A stretch of 64,000 nucleotides of DNA from Narcine bancroftii (GCF_036971445.1 NC_091474.1:195796001-195860000); one strand, 5' to 3'; shown: positions 1-13,985, counted from the stretch's first letter. The notes: generated from the sequence alone by a model not told the origin. Translations and numbers: made by a program.

Positions 1-2800
1 AAACAAGGGGACCACATTTGCCATTCTCCAATCCTCCTGCACATCCCGTGTGGCCACAGAGAACTCAAACATCATAACCACTGTTCCAGACATCTCTTGT
101 AATGGCACTAATTTACCACAGCTTACAAACAAAGAATACACTCACTTGTTTCTTTCAGCACACCATGAAATTATTGACTAGACTTGTTGCATTCTTCAAC
201 TCCCCAAAGACCACCCAGCAAAATTCCTCTAACCTTCTCACTAGCTCACTGCCACATGGACGATCCTGACACTCTCATTCTCCTCCATACGCGACTGCAC
301 ATTCTTGCCTCACTTCCCACAGCAACCTAGAATATATCGCATCCGTCCCCATGGACTTATCAATCTTTAATGTTTTTAAGACAATGCTTCCTTCTTTGTC
401 TTGACTAGTTGCCTCACCTGTTTCGTCAACTATGGTTCCCTTTTCCTACCATCTTTACTCTATCCAAGTGGGACAAGCCTATCCCGAACCCAATAGAAGT
501 GGTCCCTAAACTTCCTCCACATTAATTCTGTACTTCCACCCTTGAACATCTACTTCCAATTTACTCTTGATAGTTCCAGCCTCACCCTATCTTAATTATT
601 CCTTCCATAATTAAACTCTTTGCCATTTTGTCTGCTTTTATCTTTATCTATAGCTGTGCTAAAAGTCAAGGAGTTGTGGTCACTCTCACCAAAATACTCA
701 CCCACCAAGAAGTCTGCTGCATGACCAGGTTCATTATCCAGTATGGCCTCTTTTCTCGTCGGCTGGTCCACATACTGTGTCAGGAATCCTTTTTGAACCC
801 ACCTGACAAATTCAGCCCCATCCATCCCTCGCAGTCAGGAAGTCCCAGTCAATATTAAGCAAGTTGAAGTCTCCCATAGCAATAACCCTGTATTTCCTGC
901 ACCATTCCAAAATCTGCCTGCTTATCTGCTTCTCAGTATCCAAAGGAGCATATTTGCGGACCTATAGACTACTCCTAGTGCAGCGACTACTCCCTTCCTA
1001 TTTCTGACTTCCACTCATACTATCTCAGTGGACACTCCCTCAGCACCATCCTCTCTTTCTATAGCCATTATACTATCTCTGACCAGTTGTGCTACTTCCC
1101 CGCCCTCTCTTACCTCCCATCCTATTCCTTTTAAAAGACCTAAATCCCAGTAGCTGCATCAGCCAATCCTGCCCTTGCTCCAGTCGTCTCAATAATGGCC
1201 ACAACATTTTTGATCCACATACTGATCCATGTTCTAAGTTCATGGCCTTTATTCCTAATAAAACATTTACATTTTGTCTCCTGCCTGTCTTCCCTTACAA
1301 ACTCAGAGTACATTGCATCATGTTTTTGACCTGCTGCCCTATTCTCTGCACTCACATTCTGGTTCCCACTGTGCCCCCACCCCCACCCCCACCATCCCTG
1401 GCCAAGCTAATGTAACCCTTCCCAAAAGCTCGAGCAAACTTGCCTGCCAGAATATTGGACACTTTCCAGTTTAGATGCAGCCTGTCTATTTTGTACAGGT
1501 TTGACCTTCCCCAGAAGAGATCTCCATGATCTCTTCCATCTAGGTTATTTATAAAGGCACCAACTCTTCAGCCATGCATTCATCTGCCACAACTTCCTAA
1601 TCCTACCCTTTCTGGCATAGACAGCAATCCCTTGATTACCACCCTTAAGATCCTGCTTAACTTATTTTGTAATTCCCTATATTCCCTCTTCAGGACCTCA
1701 TCCCTACTCCTATCCATGTCATTGATCCCCACATGTCCCATGACATCTGGCTGCCCACTCTCCCCTTCAAGCATCCTGTGAAGTCGATCGGAGACCTCAC
1801 TGACCCTAGCACTTGGGAAGCAATATACCATCCAAGAGCTTCAATCTTGTTCACAAACCTCCTATCTCTTTGCCTAACCAATGAGTGTCCAATCACTAAA
1901 GCTGTCCTCTTTCCCCCTCCCCTCCCTTCTGAGCCAAGAGGTGTGACCACTATAACTTGTCCCTGGTAGATGGTTTCCCCCTCCCCCCAACAGTATCCAC
2001 TCCGCCCAACAGATTCAAAAACGATATATTTATTGTTGAGGGGAATTGGCATGCGGTGCTCTGCACTGTCTGCTTATTTCCCTTCCCTCTCCTAAGAGTC
2101 ACCAGCTACCAGCCTCCTGAATTTTGGCAGTGACCATCTCAGTGAACCTCCTCTCTATGACTGCCTCTGCCTCCTGAATGATGCAGAGTTCATCCATCTT
2201 TAGCTTTACTTCCCTAACTCAGTCTCCAAGGAGCTGTAGCTGGATGCACCTCTAGAAGGTGTAGTCATCAGGGACAATTGTGCTGTCACAAATTTCCACA
2301 TGCTGCATTCCAAGCATTTCCACTCCCCTAGCTGCTGTCTTCATTGTCTATTCCTTTTTAAACACTAAAGTCACATCCGACCTTACCTTACTGGAAACAA
2401 GCCCGCCCCCAGCCTCTGCTCACCAAAGCCTTGTGAGACAAATCTTCAAACTCCCACTCATATCCTGAACTACTCACGCACTGGCTGCTCCACTTGTGCT
2501 TCTCCTCTTTTAATTTGTCACTGCCCCTTATCTGTAGTCCTCACTCCTACCAAATCACCATCCTGTTTAACCCTTAAATTGTCATCTGCTCCCTTTTTAA
2601 ATACACTCACCTAACACTGGTTCCTTATACTCACAGCTCTTCCAAGTCCCAAGCTCCTCCTCTTCCAATGACAGTCCCAAAATTACAATGGCCCGAGCCC
2701 CTCTCCACTCCATTTTTAAATACGCTCACCAAAGCCACTTCGCAACAGCTCTCCTGAAACCCTCACTCCTCCTTCTACAGTAACGTTCCCAAAATTACAA
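1..2800 (-). mobile_element. Degenerate CR1 LINE, 5' part (5'UTR, ORF1 esterase, ORF2 endonuclease)
   Basis: Minus-strand remnants LVIGHSLVRQRDRRF and CFPSARVSEVSDRL..PDVMGHVGINDM match the SGNH-esterase ORF1 of CR1. FLTQYVDQPTRKEAILD..FGESDHNSLTF matches the CR1 APE C-terminus. Many stops and frameshifts. Confidence 0.85.
98..300 (-). mobile_element. Truncated LTR-like fragment inside the CR1
   Basis: Reverse complement is similar to 24410-24619, including the TGTAAGCTGTGGTAAAT...TACA end. Confidence 0.5.
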
Positions 2801-3214
2801 TCTGATAGATCATTTTATGGGATGCTTATTTAAGAATAAAGCAGTCTCCATTTATTACCTAGTGAACCATTTCTATGTTTATTTTGGGTGTATGTTCTTC
2901 TATTTGAAAAGTTATATGATTGATAATCTAAGAACCAGGGAATTGAATAAAAAAATACATAAAGGAGACATGTGACATGCAAGTATTAAAATAAATTAGA
3001 AACTGAATTATGAAGCTGGCACAGGAACTGTGACACCTGGACAGAATGTGGGAAATTTTGGCACATACGCTGTGATTAACACTTGAGCTTGAACTTTTGT
3101 TGTTTTTTTTAAAATCCTAGAGACATTTCGAACATGAAAATGTATTCACTGCAGCTTAAACTGGGAACAATAGAACATTCTGCAATCAAATTTGTTGAAA
3201 TCAGAGTACAAGGT

Positions 3215-3410
3215 GAAGGAGAAGCTGGAGGAACTCAGTGGGTCAGACAGAATCCATGACTCAAAATGGTCAGCCAGTGTTTTAGGTTGGAACCCTATAT
3301 CCATAGATACCCAACCTGAAACATTGACTGTACATGCCCACTGAGTCCCTCCAGCTTTGCTTACTTCACTCAAAATTCCAACATCTGCAATTTTTATGTC
3401 TCTCTTTTTA
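3215..3410. mobile_element. Penelope-derived inverted pLTR hairpin (old)
   Basis: Arms GCTGGAGGAACTCAGTGGG and CCCACTGAGTCCCTCCAGC, followed by the tail AATTCCAACATCTGCAATTTTT. Confidence 0.6.
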
Positions 3411-4099
3411 CAAGATGATGGAAACCATAAGATATTGGAGTCGAAGTAAGTAATTTGGCTCATTGAGTCTCCTCTGCCATTCCATCATGAGCTAATCCAT
3501 TCTCTCACTCAGCCCCACATTCCTGCCTTCTCCCCATAAACCTTGATACCCTAACTACTTATGGCCTTCACCTTCTGATTACTGTGAGTTTTCATCAATG
3601 TGTTCGGTGTTTTTTTGTTCTCTTCATCTTAAAACAAAATTAAATGTACATTAATGAATCATAAGGATGAGAGTTTTTCAGTTCTGGGAGAATAACCTCC
3701 TTGACATGATTTCAAGTTAGTGAAGGAGAAGAAAAAGATAGGAAAGTATAACAGACTGAGTCCACATCATCAACATTAATACTGTTTTTACTTATACCTT
3801 TCCTATCAACTAACAATGTTGGATGAGGTGGAACAGTGCTGGTAAAAGCTCTGCTTTAGTCCATGTGATAGCATGCAGTGATTAAATTGAAGATTACCAG
3901 ATTCTTCAAGGCAGTATGAATAGGTGGGAGAACTGAAGTTTTTATTTTGATTACGAGGAGAAAATCTGTCAATTAAATGGAACATAGAAGCTGCCCGTGA
4001 TAATGCATGTGGACATTTGTGGAGAAAGAGAGTTTGCAATTGTAGATGTTATAGAAAGAGATGGACTTTTAACCCATTATTCTTGCCTTATTATGTTCC

Positions 4100-4350
4100 A
4101 GGCATTACATATCAGCCTCTGACCCACACCTCCTCCTCCCAGTTCTATCTGCCCCATGCCTCCCCAGTCCATTTGCTGAATTCATGTTCCCTTTTCTGCT
4201 TCCACCCATCACCCCATCAGCCTCTATCTCAACACTCCCTTCCACTTTTATATGGGCGATCTCTCAGTCCTGATGCAGGTGGTTAATTCAAAATGTCACC
4301 CATCCCTTTGCCTCCACATCTGCTGAGTTCTTCCAGCAAATTGTTCTTTG
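4100..4350 (+). mobile_element. Penelope-like 3' fragment
   Basis: Pyrimidine-rich tract, then GTCCTGATG...AAAATGTCA and CTGCTGAGTTCTTCCAGC, which are pLTR motifs seen elsewhere in the window. Confidence 0.5.
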
Positions 4351-5299
4351 TGCTTGACACGTGCTTTGGATAGAAGAAAGGTTAATACAGAATGAAGGAA
4401 ACTGAACAATGGAGAAATGGAAATGTATGACATAGAAGTGTATGCTGAATGACAATGTTTCTGAATTCTATGTTAATAAGTGGATTAAAATGCAAAAGTA
4501 TGATAATAAGGAGCTTTTCCATATTACAACATATAATTATATATCTTTGCAAACATTTATGAAGATTTGCTTTCACACCATCGGTCTTAACCAACCTCTG
4601 AGAAAAAAATTGGAATAAAAATACACAAAAATCATTAAGGGGTGGGGGAATGGAGGTTTACAGACTAATTCAATGATTCAGCTCTTGTGCTTATTTCTAA
4701 TTTTCTATGAAGGTTCACTTCACCATCATGAATGGGTGTAGTAAGCCACGCATCTTAAGTATTCAAATGAGATGTGGGCATTCAGGAGTTTTCTGAACCA
4801 ATATAAACAAAGCCTGAGAAAGTGCAATGCGCTTGTCCTGTTGAATCATACTAAAGTGAATCAAATCAACTTTATGTTGATGTAGACCTCATAGAAATTG
4901 AGATGACTCATTATTCCCCAATGAGAAAAATATTTCCACTACATCAGGTGTGAAAATCTTTCATCATTCTAATAAACTTCATATATATATGTAATAGAAG
5001 TATCGTGTAAAGGTCAAAGAGGCAAGGTCCTGTCTCTATATTACTTTCTGTAGGACCTTGCTGTATTCTTCACTTTTTCCAAGTACCCGTAGAAAGAGAA
5101 CAAAACAATAATGGGAGCATCATTGGGCCAGAATTTTTTCTTCTAAACTGCACAATGATTGGGTAAGGGCAGGATATGTTGTAATTTGATAACCCTTGTA
5201 AATGAATAATGTAAGACTTTATCTGGTAACTCACATAAAATGCACACTTTGCAGGTACGGCTTAATGTTTCATGCATTGATTAGAACCATGGATAATTA

Positions 5300-6450
5300 T
5301 CATGGAAAGGCTGTGGATGTTGTCTGCATGGACTTTAGTAAGGCCTTTGACAAGATTCCATATGGGACGTTAGTCAGGAATGTTCAGACACTGAGTATTC
5401 ATGATGAAGTAATGAACTGGATTCGACAATGGCTGGACGGGAGAAAGCCGAGAGTAGTGGTGGATGATTCCTTCTCAGACTGAAGGCATGTAACTTGTGG
5501 TGTGCCTCAAAAATCAATGCTGGGACTATTGTTGTTTGTCAATTACATCAATGATCTGGATGATAATGTGGTAAATTAGATCAGAAAATTTGTAGGTGAC
5601 ATTAAGATTGGAGATGTTGTGCACAGTGAAGAAGGTTTTCAAAGCTTGCATAGGGATCTGAACCAACTGAAAATATGGGCTGAAAAATGGCAGATGGAAT
5701 TTAATGCAGACAAGAATAAGGTGTTGCATTTTGGAAGGACGAACCAAGACACATCACGGTTAATGGTAGGGCTGAGGAGTGTAGCAGAACAGAGGAATCT
5801 GGGAATACAGGTATACCATTCCCTGAAAGTGGTGTCACAATTGGATCAGGTTATAAGATCTTTTGGCATATTGGCCTTCATAAATCAAAGTTGTAAAATA
5901 CTTTGGTGAGGCCAAATTTGGAGTATTGTGTGCAGTTTTGATCACCTAACTGCAGGAAAGATATCAATAAGATAGAAAGAGTGCAGAGAAAGTTTACTAG
6001 GATGTTGCCTGGATTTCAGGAACTAAGTTACAGGGAAAAGTTAAACAGGTTAGGACTTTATTCCCAGAAGCATAGAACAATGACAGGAAATTTGATAGAA
6101 GTATTTAAAATTATGAGGGGGATAGACAGAGTAACTGTAGATAGGCTTTTTCCACTGAGGATGGGTAAAATACAAACCAGAGGACATGAGTTAAGTGTGA
6201 AAGGGGAAAAGTTTAGGGGGAATTTCTTCACACAGAGAGTGGTGGGGTGTGGAATGAGCTTCCAGCTGAAATAGTGATTGCGGGCTCAATTTTAACATTT
6301 AAGTAGAATTTGGGCAGGTACATGGATGGAAAAAGTATGGAGGGCTATGGACTGGGTGCCAATCAGTGGGACTAGGCAAAAAAAATGGTTTGGCACAGAT
6401 TAGAAGGACCAAAGAGGCTCGATTCTGCGCTCTAATGTTTTATGGTTCTG
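5300..6450 (+). mobile_element. 5'-truncated CR1 LINE (RT to 3'UTR)
   Basis: AVDVVCMDFSKAFDKIPY, WAEKWQMEFNADK..VLHFGR, QRKFTRMLPG..SYREKLNRLGLYS, TRGH..FFTQRVV. Confidence 0.92.
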
Positions 6451-6994
6451 TTACAAATCGTGTGTGTGTTGGGGGTGGTGTTAATATTGAACAACAAAGA
6501 TAGATGCTCTTGGAATAAATAAAGAAAAGAACTGGTGCAAATTTATCATTGGTGCAGATTCTCAGAAATATTTAGAATAAGTTCATTTGACACATTTTAT
6601 CCATGCAAGTTCTTAAACATGATAATCAATAACTAAATCTAATTTTTTCACCTGTTTGCTTGGATTTGGGAATAATGCTTCCCATGGTGTAAACTTTGCC
6701 ATGACTTCCAAGTATCCTGAAAGTTGACAATGCTCTCTTCTGTAAAGGAAACTATTTTTGTTTTCTCATTTCTTTTCTTCCCCCAGGTGTAATTGCGTCA
6801 TTACAATCAATTCAGTGAACCATTCTGGCAGTTGCATATTCTAGCATGCTAAGAAATCTGTTCCAAAGTTCTCTTTAGTTCGCTTTTATGGTTTACTTAA
6901 ATTTACATTGCCTTAATTATGTCTTGTGTCCAAGTGATTTCAGGATGGTGCATGATAATAATGGTTGAATCTGGTTTGTTGATATTGAAGGGGA

Positions 6995-7205
6995 AGCATG
7001 GTTGACGCAGCTATTATTGCAACTCTATTACAGCGCCAGCAGCTCATGTTTGATTCCAGTGCTGTCTGTAAGGAGTTTCTATGTTTTCCTTGTGACCTGC
7101 ATGGATTTCCTCCAGGTGTTCCAGTTTCCTCCTGCCCTCCAGAAACCTATGGGGTTTGTCGGTTAATTGGTATGTTTGAGTGGCATAGCCTCGTAAACTC
7201 CAGTT
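6995..7205 (+). mobile_element. tRNA-derived V-type SINE (degenerate)
   Basis: Similar to 62774-63030, with core GGATTTCCTCCAGGTGTTCCAGTTTCCTCC. Confidence 0.7.
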
Positions 7206-10200
7206 AGCGATTATTTTGGCTTGAAGTGTATGGCACTTCAATCTAATCAATACAATCCATCACAGGGCCTTTCACGTGGGTTCTGTATGTCTAGATTTTT
7301 TAAAAATTATATATATTTGTAATTTCTGTAGATTCTTATACATTACTGTTTATTAAAGCAATGGAAATTTTAACCAGACGTCCTTTATTGAAGGTGAATA
7401 ACATCAATCAATAACAGTGGCTGATGCAACATGTATTAAAAGGCATGGTGCACATTTCTTCAAGTTGGATGCATAAATGATGTACTACAGTATATCACTC
7501 CATCACAAACCTCTTCAATAGTACTAAGAGTTGGAAACACATGCTAATACCTTTATCTTCTATCCAGTCTTTTTGAGCTGAGCTCAGGGAATCGTAGACA
7601 GGGACTTATATGATCTGGGGAGCGTTGTTTCATTTCATGTCATGTTTCCTTTCTGCATCACTGGGGAATGTATGTAATGTTTATTGTTCCTTTAGAATCC
7701 AGGGTTTTTCCGTATTTTAAGACAAATAATTGTAAATGAGACAAATGGATGCCATTTAACCCTGGGGCTCACAATCACCAGGCTGTGACTCTGGACTTAG
7801 AATGCTGTCTAGACCTCTCAAATGCAATCCATTCCTTCTGAACCGTCCATTACTTTGTATTTATTGGTTATTGGGCCACTTATCACACGGAGTTTACACA
7901 GCAGGGAACTGGGATAAATGCCAGTTTTCTTTTCTGTGTCGCTTGATCCAAGACAACAAATAAATCTCCTGTCCTCCTACACAACTTCTTTACTGAAGCA
8001 TATGGGCTCAATAAAAATGTGGCATTTTCTTTGCTGGATGAGAAAGTCTCCATGTAAGGACATTCTTTAAATCGGTGGCATTGCCAGGAATCTTTAGGAT
8101 AATTATTTTGTAGCTAGCTTTTAATTTTATTTAAATTGAAGTTTCTTCTGTGATTTCAAAATTATTAATTTATCTTTGACATGGAACTTATCTGGCATTT
8201 AATTTGTACAAGTGCCAATGTTAAAATAAATATTAAATTGTTGGACCTTTATTTAATTGGGACACATTTATTTTCCTTGAAACCTTCACACTTTCTCAGT
8301 GGAATCCAATTCTGGATGAGGATGACTTCAGCTCCAGTTTTGTGGGTCCTGCAGTGGCTGATATGGAACATGCAGACTTCACTGCAAGTTGGGCAGGAGA
8401 TTCCTGATGGGGAAGGTGCATTCCTTCAGCTGCTTCTACTGTGTTTCTATTTATTCCTCTCAAACAGATCAGGTTCTCACTGCCAACCAAAATGTTCCTT
8501 CTCCACTTTGAACAGCCATGGACCAGAAAATCCTACAAGTTCATGGGGATGTTGCACACTTTTTCAAAGTAAATTTGTGGACATCCTTGAATGGCTTCCA
8601 ATGTCTACCTGGTAATGTCTTTCAATTCAAATTAAGCAAATTGTGTGATACGAACAAACATTCCATCACACTGGCTTCCATAGATCCAAAGATATGTCAA
8701 TACACTTTAGCGATAAAGAGACATTAAAATATGTAATGTAAAATGTATCACTGTGCTGTTAAAAGTTCACATACAACTGAGCATACTCATTGTGCTATAT
8801 AAGAACTTAAAGGACATTTCTGGGATTTCCTGAACCACTTGAGCTGAATGGATAGATCACAATGTTAATTTTGTAACTTTATTTGAAGTGTGACTCAGCA
8901 GTTCACATTTTAATTGCATGTGCACGTGTGTGGATGCATGTGTGTGCACACATATGCGTGTTTGTATTCCTATCTGTGTGTGATGTACTATGAACATTAG
9001 TATAGAAAAGATATGCTTCAGAAAAATCACTGTAAAAAGGACGTCATTCTGCACAAATGTGGTTTAAGTGTGTAAATGCTGAAGGGAAGATCTCAATGTA
9101 ATGTTTATCTGATATCTTTTCTCAGCACCATTAGCTCATTTGAATGCCACTTGGAAATGCTGCTTCTCAGCAGCTGACTTTCTTCATGCTGAACACTCTG
9201 ACCCTGACGATGCTTACTGTTCTTTTGGGCTGAAAATGAGATCTGGCATTTAATTTCAAGGTCTCAGCCACCAATCTGTCAAAAGTCTTCATTTTCCGAG
9301 TGCCCACTAGAACTGCTGACGCTCACAGCCAACTCTGAGCGCTTTCATCTTTCACTGGCAATAAACATGTCGCAGTGGTGGGGTGAAGTGCAATCTGGAA
9401 TTAAATTTACTGCACATAAAATATGGTGCTACTTTTATTGGTTGAAATACATGCCACTCATAATTTATTTGCAGTTGCCAGACTAACATAAAGTGAGAGT
9501 GTTTCTAGATTCTCAATGTTGGAGGGGAGATAAACTATATCCAATGCTAACACCTCCAATATCAGCAGTTTCCCTTTTTACAAGGACACAAATTACATTC
9601 TTGAAATGTTGATGTGATTTCTGAGATGTGTTTTCTGAAAAAAAAACTTTATTTTTGTTGATTACTTTAAAATATATGCATCCAATAAAGTGATGAAGAA
9701 ATATTTAGTGATGTACCTCAACTGTATGATATTTTAGAGTGCATTAATTCAAGGAATCTGAGAATCTTTGTGAAGCCATGGAGCTAATATTTTTTTCCAA
9801 AGTCATCTCTCTCTATTTTATCTTGCGATATGACCATGGGATTAATTAGGCTTCTTCAATTTCTGGAACCCAAAATTAAGACACATTGCTAAGCATTTTG
9901 AGGCAGAAGTTACCAAAATCAGATTACTTGCTGTACAATTTGTATTTTAATAATGGCATTCCTGAGATTGTCCTTCAGATGGACTGCTGGAATTGCTCAC
10001 TTGTTTTCGGGCAGGCCTCTTTATTAGGCAAATTATGTCCAAATGTTTACCAATGGGATCATGGTCATAATGTTGTCATGCTCATGGACTGAATTTCCTC
10101 TGTTGTCACACAGACTGCTTGTACTAGGCACTAAAGTAACAAAAGGTTCCAAACACTTCTTTTGATATCACTTTTATGGGGACGAGAAACAGGAGAAAAA

Positions 10201-11119
10201 TACGAGGTTAGTTCCTCCTTTCCTCTCCAGCCCTGAACTTCATCATTGCTCCATCTCTCCAATAAATTTGCATATATCCAGGACTATGCTAAAATTTCTC
10301 AAACCTCATTGGTGGCCCATAAGGCAGGATGCCAATGTGGTCCTGTGGTCACTCAACCAAAATCCAAAATTAACCTGCTTCTGTATCAGACATGCAGGCA
10401 TTATCTAACTAAAAATATATCTGGCGAGGGAGTCTCCGAAACGCTGACTCTTTATTTCTTCCCACATAAGCACGTGACCTGCAGAGTACTTACAACAATT
10501 TATACTTTTCTGTTAGATTTTCAGTAGCTGGAGTGTTTTTATTTAACTAAAGGATGTGTCTTAATTTATTTGTGTGGGTGTGTGGGTGTGCGGGCGGGCG
10601 GGCACGTGCGCGCTTGCATATTATAAACCACTGGAATAAGAATTTTGCCAGAAGACGAAGGTGATGGTTAGTAAAATGGCTGAAGTTGGCAAACCCTCAT
10701 GATTTATACAAACACTACCATCCATTTTCCCTGTCGATTATATTTTATTTAAAACTGATGGATTCTAATTAAAATGTGCTTGACGTGTTTAATCATTTAA
10801 ACCGCATTCCATCTTAACATTAGTAGCATCAGAATAGAAAGCAGCGCTGACACAATGATAAAAAAGTCCGAAAATGGCAGTTTAGGTAATAGTGTGCAAT
10901 TCAACACAGTTTAACCAACTGCATCTACCTTTTGATTCTAACTTTTAATCATTTTACTCAATATTAATGTGATGAAAACACTCTGTTCTTAAAAAAAAAT
11001 TCAACAGCTCCAAAAAATGTCTTTAGCACATTTTGAAGTGGGTGAATATTAAGATTGAGAGAGCTGTATTTCCTGCTAAGCCTGCTTTCTTTTTCAATGT
11101 GGATATTTTTTTAGTAGCA

Positions 11120-11263
11120 TCCCTTGATGAAAAGCTCAGGCTCGAATCGTTGGTTAAGTATCTTTATCTTTGCTCTATAAAGTACACTGTTTGACCAGTT
11201 GAGTTTCTCCAGTATTGTGTTTTTACTTCAATCATGGTGTTTGCAGACTTTCGTATTTTACTC
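11120..11263 (+). mobile_element. Penelope pLTR/tail fragment
   Basis: CTTGATGAAAAGCTCAGGCTCGAATCGTTGGT..TATAAAGTACACTGTTTGACC..TGAGTTTCTCCAG..TTTTACT, same family as 60558-60786. Confidence 0.75.
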
Positions 11264-11439
11264 CTTGCTGGGCCCTCTTTTATGTGTTATAACTGACATT
11301 ACGTTTTACATAATGGGATGTGATAAAGAAATCATGAACTTCCAAAATAGGATTAATAATGCATTCAAAATAAATCCAAGAGAAAAGTAATAGTTTTACT
11401 GATATTCTATAAGAATGCTATTTTGGTCTTTTATCAAAG

Positions 11440-11695
11440 GCTAAGAAAAGTTTAGGAAGTAAACTTTCAGAGGTAAGTTTTTTTTTACATAGAAGGTGGT
11501 AGGTGCCTGGAACACATTGACAGAAGTGGTGGTGAAGGCAGGTACAAAAGGGACATTCAAAAGACACTTAGATAGCTGCATGGTTGTCAGAAAAATAAAG
11601 GATTATGGGTGTAAGGTAGATTATTATGGAGCAGGTTTACATAAGGTCAGCATAACACTGAAAGGTCTGTACTGTGCAGTAATGTTCTATGTTCA
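11440..11695 (+). mobile_element. CR1 3' fragment
   Basis: VVGAWNTLTEVVVKAGTKGTFKRHLD followed by a CTGTACTGTGCAGTAATGTTCTATGTTC tail. Confidence 0.75.
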
Positions 11696-12074
11696 CTCAG
11701 TGATCTTGCTTCAGCATACTTTGTATGTGGTATATGGGCTTCTTTGTGGGTTCTGTAATTTTTGGCAAAAGTTATTAAGAAACAAAGAATGCTATTTGTT
11801 GTTTATAAGACCTCCCTGCTGTACATCATGATGTCACCCTTCCATATATATATATATATACATATACATATGTGTCAGTAGCCATGTTAGTCTGATGGTA
11901 TTAAAAAATGAGAAAAGCACCACATTTCTGAGTCCTAATTGTGTATTGCATACACAACACTATCAGAAACATCATAGACCATATTCGCTGATGATTGGCA
12001 TTGCCAATCTTCTCCCCACTAAATAGATGAAGATTAAGAACGCCCTCTGGCCTACCCAATGTACATTTCCAATT

Positions 12075-12266
12075 NNNNNNNNNNNNNNNNNNNNNNNNNN
12101 NNNNNNNNNNNNNNNNNNNNNNNNNNNNNNNNNNNNNNNNNNNNNNNNNNNNNNNNNNNNNNNNNNNNNNNNNNNNNNNNNNNNNNNNNNNNNNNNNNNN
12201 NNNNNNNNNNNNNNNNNNNNNNNNNNNNNNNNNNNNNNNNNNNNNNNNNNNNNNNNNNNNNNNNNN
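12075..12266. other. Assembly gap (N run)
   Basis: Run of N. Confidence 1.
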
Positions 12267-12868
12267 ATATTCTTGTGGCAACATAAATAAACTGTAGTTT
12301 TAACCAAGTGAGTGTTTTGCCACATCATGAGCATTTTTAGCTGCTGCCTCCATGCAGTTACTCTGTTCATTGTTGTAAAATCATTTTCATGTAATTTTCC
12401 CTCCTGTATGTCCTTTTATTTAATCACATGCTATTTTTTGGATAATAAAATGACTTGTTCCTGTATGTCAAATTTGTATTTGCCTTCTGCTCTGATGCTG
12501 ACCTTGCTTGATGCTACTTGATCTTCCTTTTTATTGCAATACTTTACTCTGTGCTCTTTAAACTGTTGTGTGCAATGTTAGAGATGACCAATTAGTCTGT
12601 TCACAGAAGAGCTCTTCTTACCATACCAACTATTTTGTGACAAGTAAACAAAAACTTATTCACATTATTAAAAGTATCCAACATCCGGCTTCTGCTCCAA
12701 TATATGGAAATTTATGTTACCTTTTGTCAAAATCAGCTTGTCACCTGGGTTTGATCCTAACCTCAGCCGCTGAGTGTGTTGTGCTTAAACATTCTCTGCA
12801 TGACCATGTGGGGTTTTCCACATCCCAAAGCTTTGCCAGTGGATTAAGTGGCAATTGTAACTTATGCT

Positions 12869-13107
12869 TGTGATAGTACAGATTCTATCACCAATGTGTA
12901 TATGTACATATGTACATATGGTAGTGTAGGATGACTGTGATTGGCTGAGAGTGTAGCCACACCTACTGGCAGGTCTTAAAGGATTGCTCCTAGCCAGACC
13001 AGGTCATTCTGGACTAGTCGACCTACCTGTGATATGCTCCAGTCTTTTAGTTAATAAAAGCCTTGGTTTGGATCAACAAGTCTTTGGTTCGTTCGACGCA
13101 CTCTACA
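12869..13107 (+). mobile_element. Solo LTR (~235 bp family) inserted in a SINE remnant
   Basis: TG...CA ends, perfect 5-bp TSD ATGCT (12864-12868 / 13108-13112), internal AATAAA, near-identical copy at 22122-22352. Confidence 0.92.
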
Positions 13108-13779
13108 ATGCTTAAGTGCAAAAAATGGCAAAAGATCTAAAGGGGAGATGATTGGCACAGGGTAAAGGGAAGGAGATTGGGACTGGGACTTCTCTGCTGG
13201 AATTCTGATGGATTGCATGACCTCTGTTTGTGCTATGCAAAGTAAGAGGGTAAATAAATCTTGTCAACTAATGTATGCCTTATGCCATTGACCAAATGAT
13301 GAGCTAATCTGATGATGAACCTAACCTAAACTACCTTCTTCGTTGCTACCTAACTGCCACATTGTTCATTCTTTACTCCATCTGGAGAAGAATTTTGCCT
13401 ATGCTTTGACTATGAACCTAAGATTAGGAGTAACCATCTGTAAGAGTAGAAATACCAAGCTATATTTTACCAATCTATGGCATTGTATTTTGCACTTCCA
13501 CCCACTATGCTACCTGCCTGCCTCCACTTTTTCTATTTTAATGTTTTTTTGAAACCATTCTTTATCTAATAAGATAAAAATTCCAATGTTTTGCCATGGA
13601 AAAAATTATGCAAAGTGTTGTCAGATGGATTTAATAACAATTTTCAAAGATCATCTGCATGTAAATTAGGGCTTACATTTTAATTAAAAAGTGAGAGAGC
13701 CATTCCGTGCACATCCATAGCTCAGATTCTTAGTGTATAGGTATGAATAAGCATCCAAGCTCTGGCATCTGGCCTGTAC

Positions 13780-13985
13780 CAAGTAGAAGTCAGTTCACTA
13801 AACTACAATGGCACTGCCTTTATTTGCAGATTTGATAACAAGACTGGGATGGGTGCAAAATGGGTACTAGGTGTCTGGAGGATGCAAGGTTGGAATGGAA
13901 GAAGAGAGTGGAGAAGCTGAAGCAGTGGATTTTTCAATAGAAATGGGAAATTAAGAGGTTAAGAGATGGTAAAGGGCTTGAAGAG
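13780..13985 (-). mobile_element. Penelope-like RT fragment, inverted copy of 14758-14953
   Basis: Minus strand encodes PSLVIKSANKGSAIVV, a decayed IKPADKG motif. Reverse complement aligns with 14758-14953. Confidence 0.7.

Noticed and set aside
6760-6895. Strong splice-acceptor-like tract TTTCTTTTCTTCCCCCAG/G
   Set aside because: All three frames stop within 60 nt and no good donor follows. At most a non-coding or terminal exon, which I cannot support.
8181-8615. 144-aa ORF in non-repeat DNA
   Set aside because: No recognisable domain, and composition looks like random AT-rich sequence
9195-9270. CTGACGA...GAAA hammerhead-like boxes in unique DNA
   Set aside because: Stem II is closed by a U-U mismatch, the site would be UUU, and no stem I can form next to the core
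11901-12370. ORFs spanning the N gap (likewise 45562-46172)
   Set aside because: Artefacts of translating N runs
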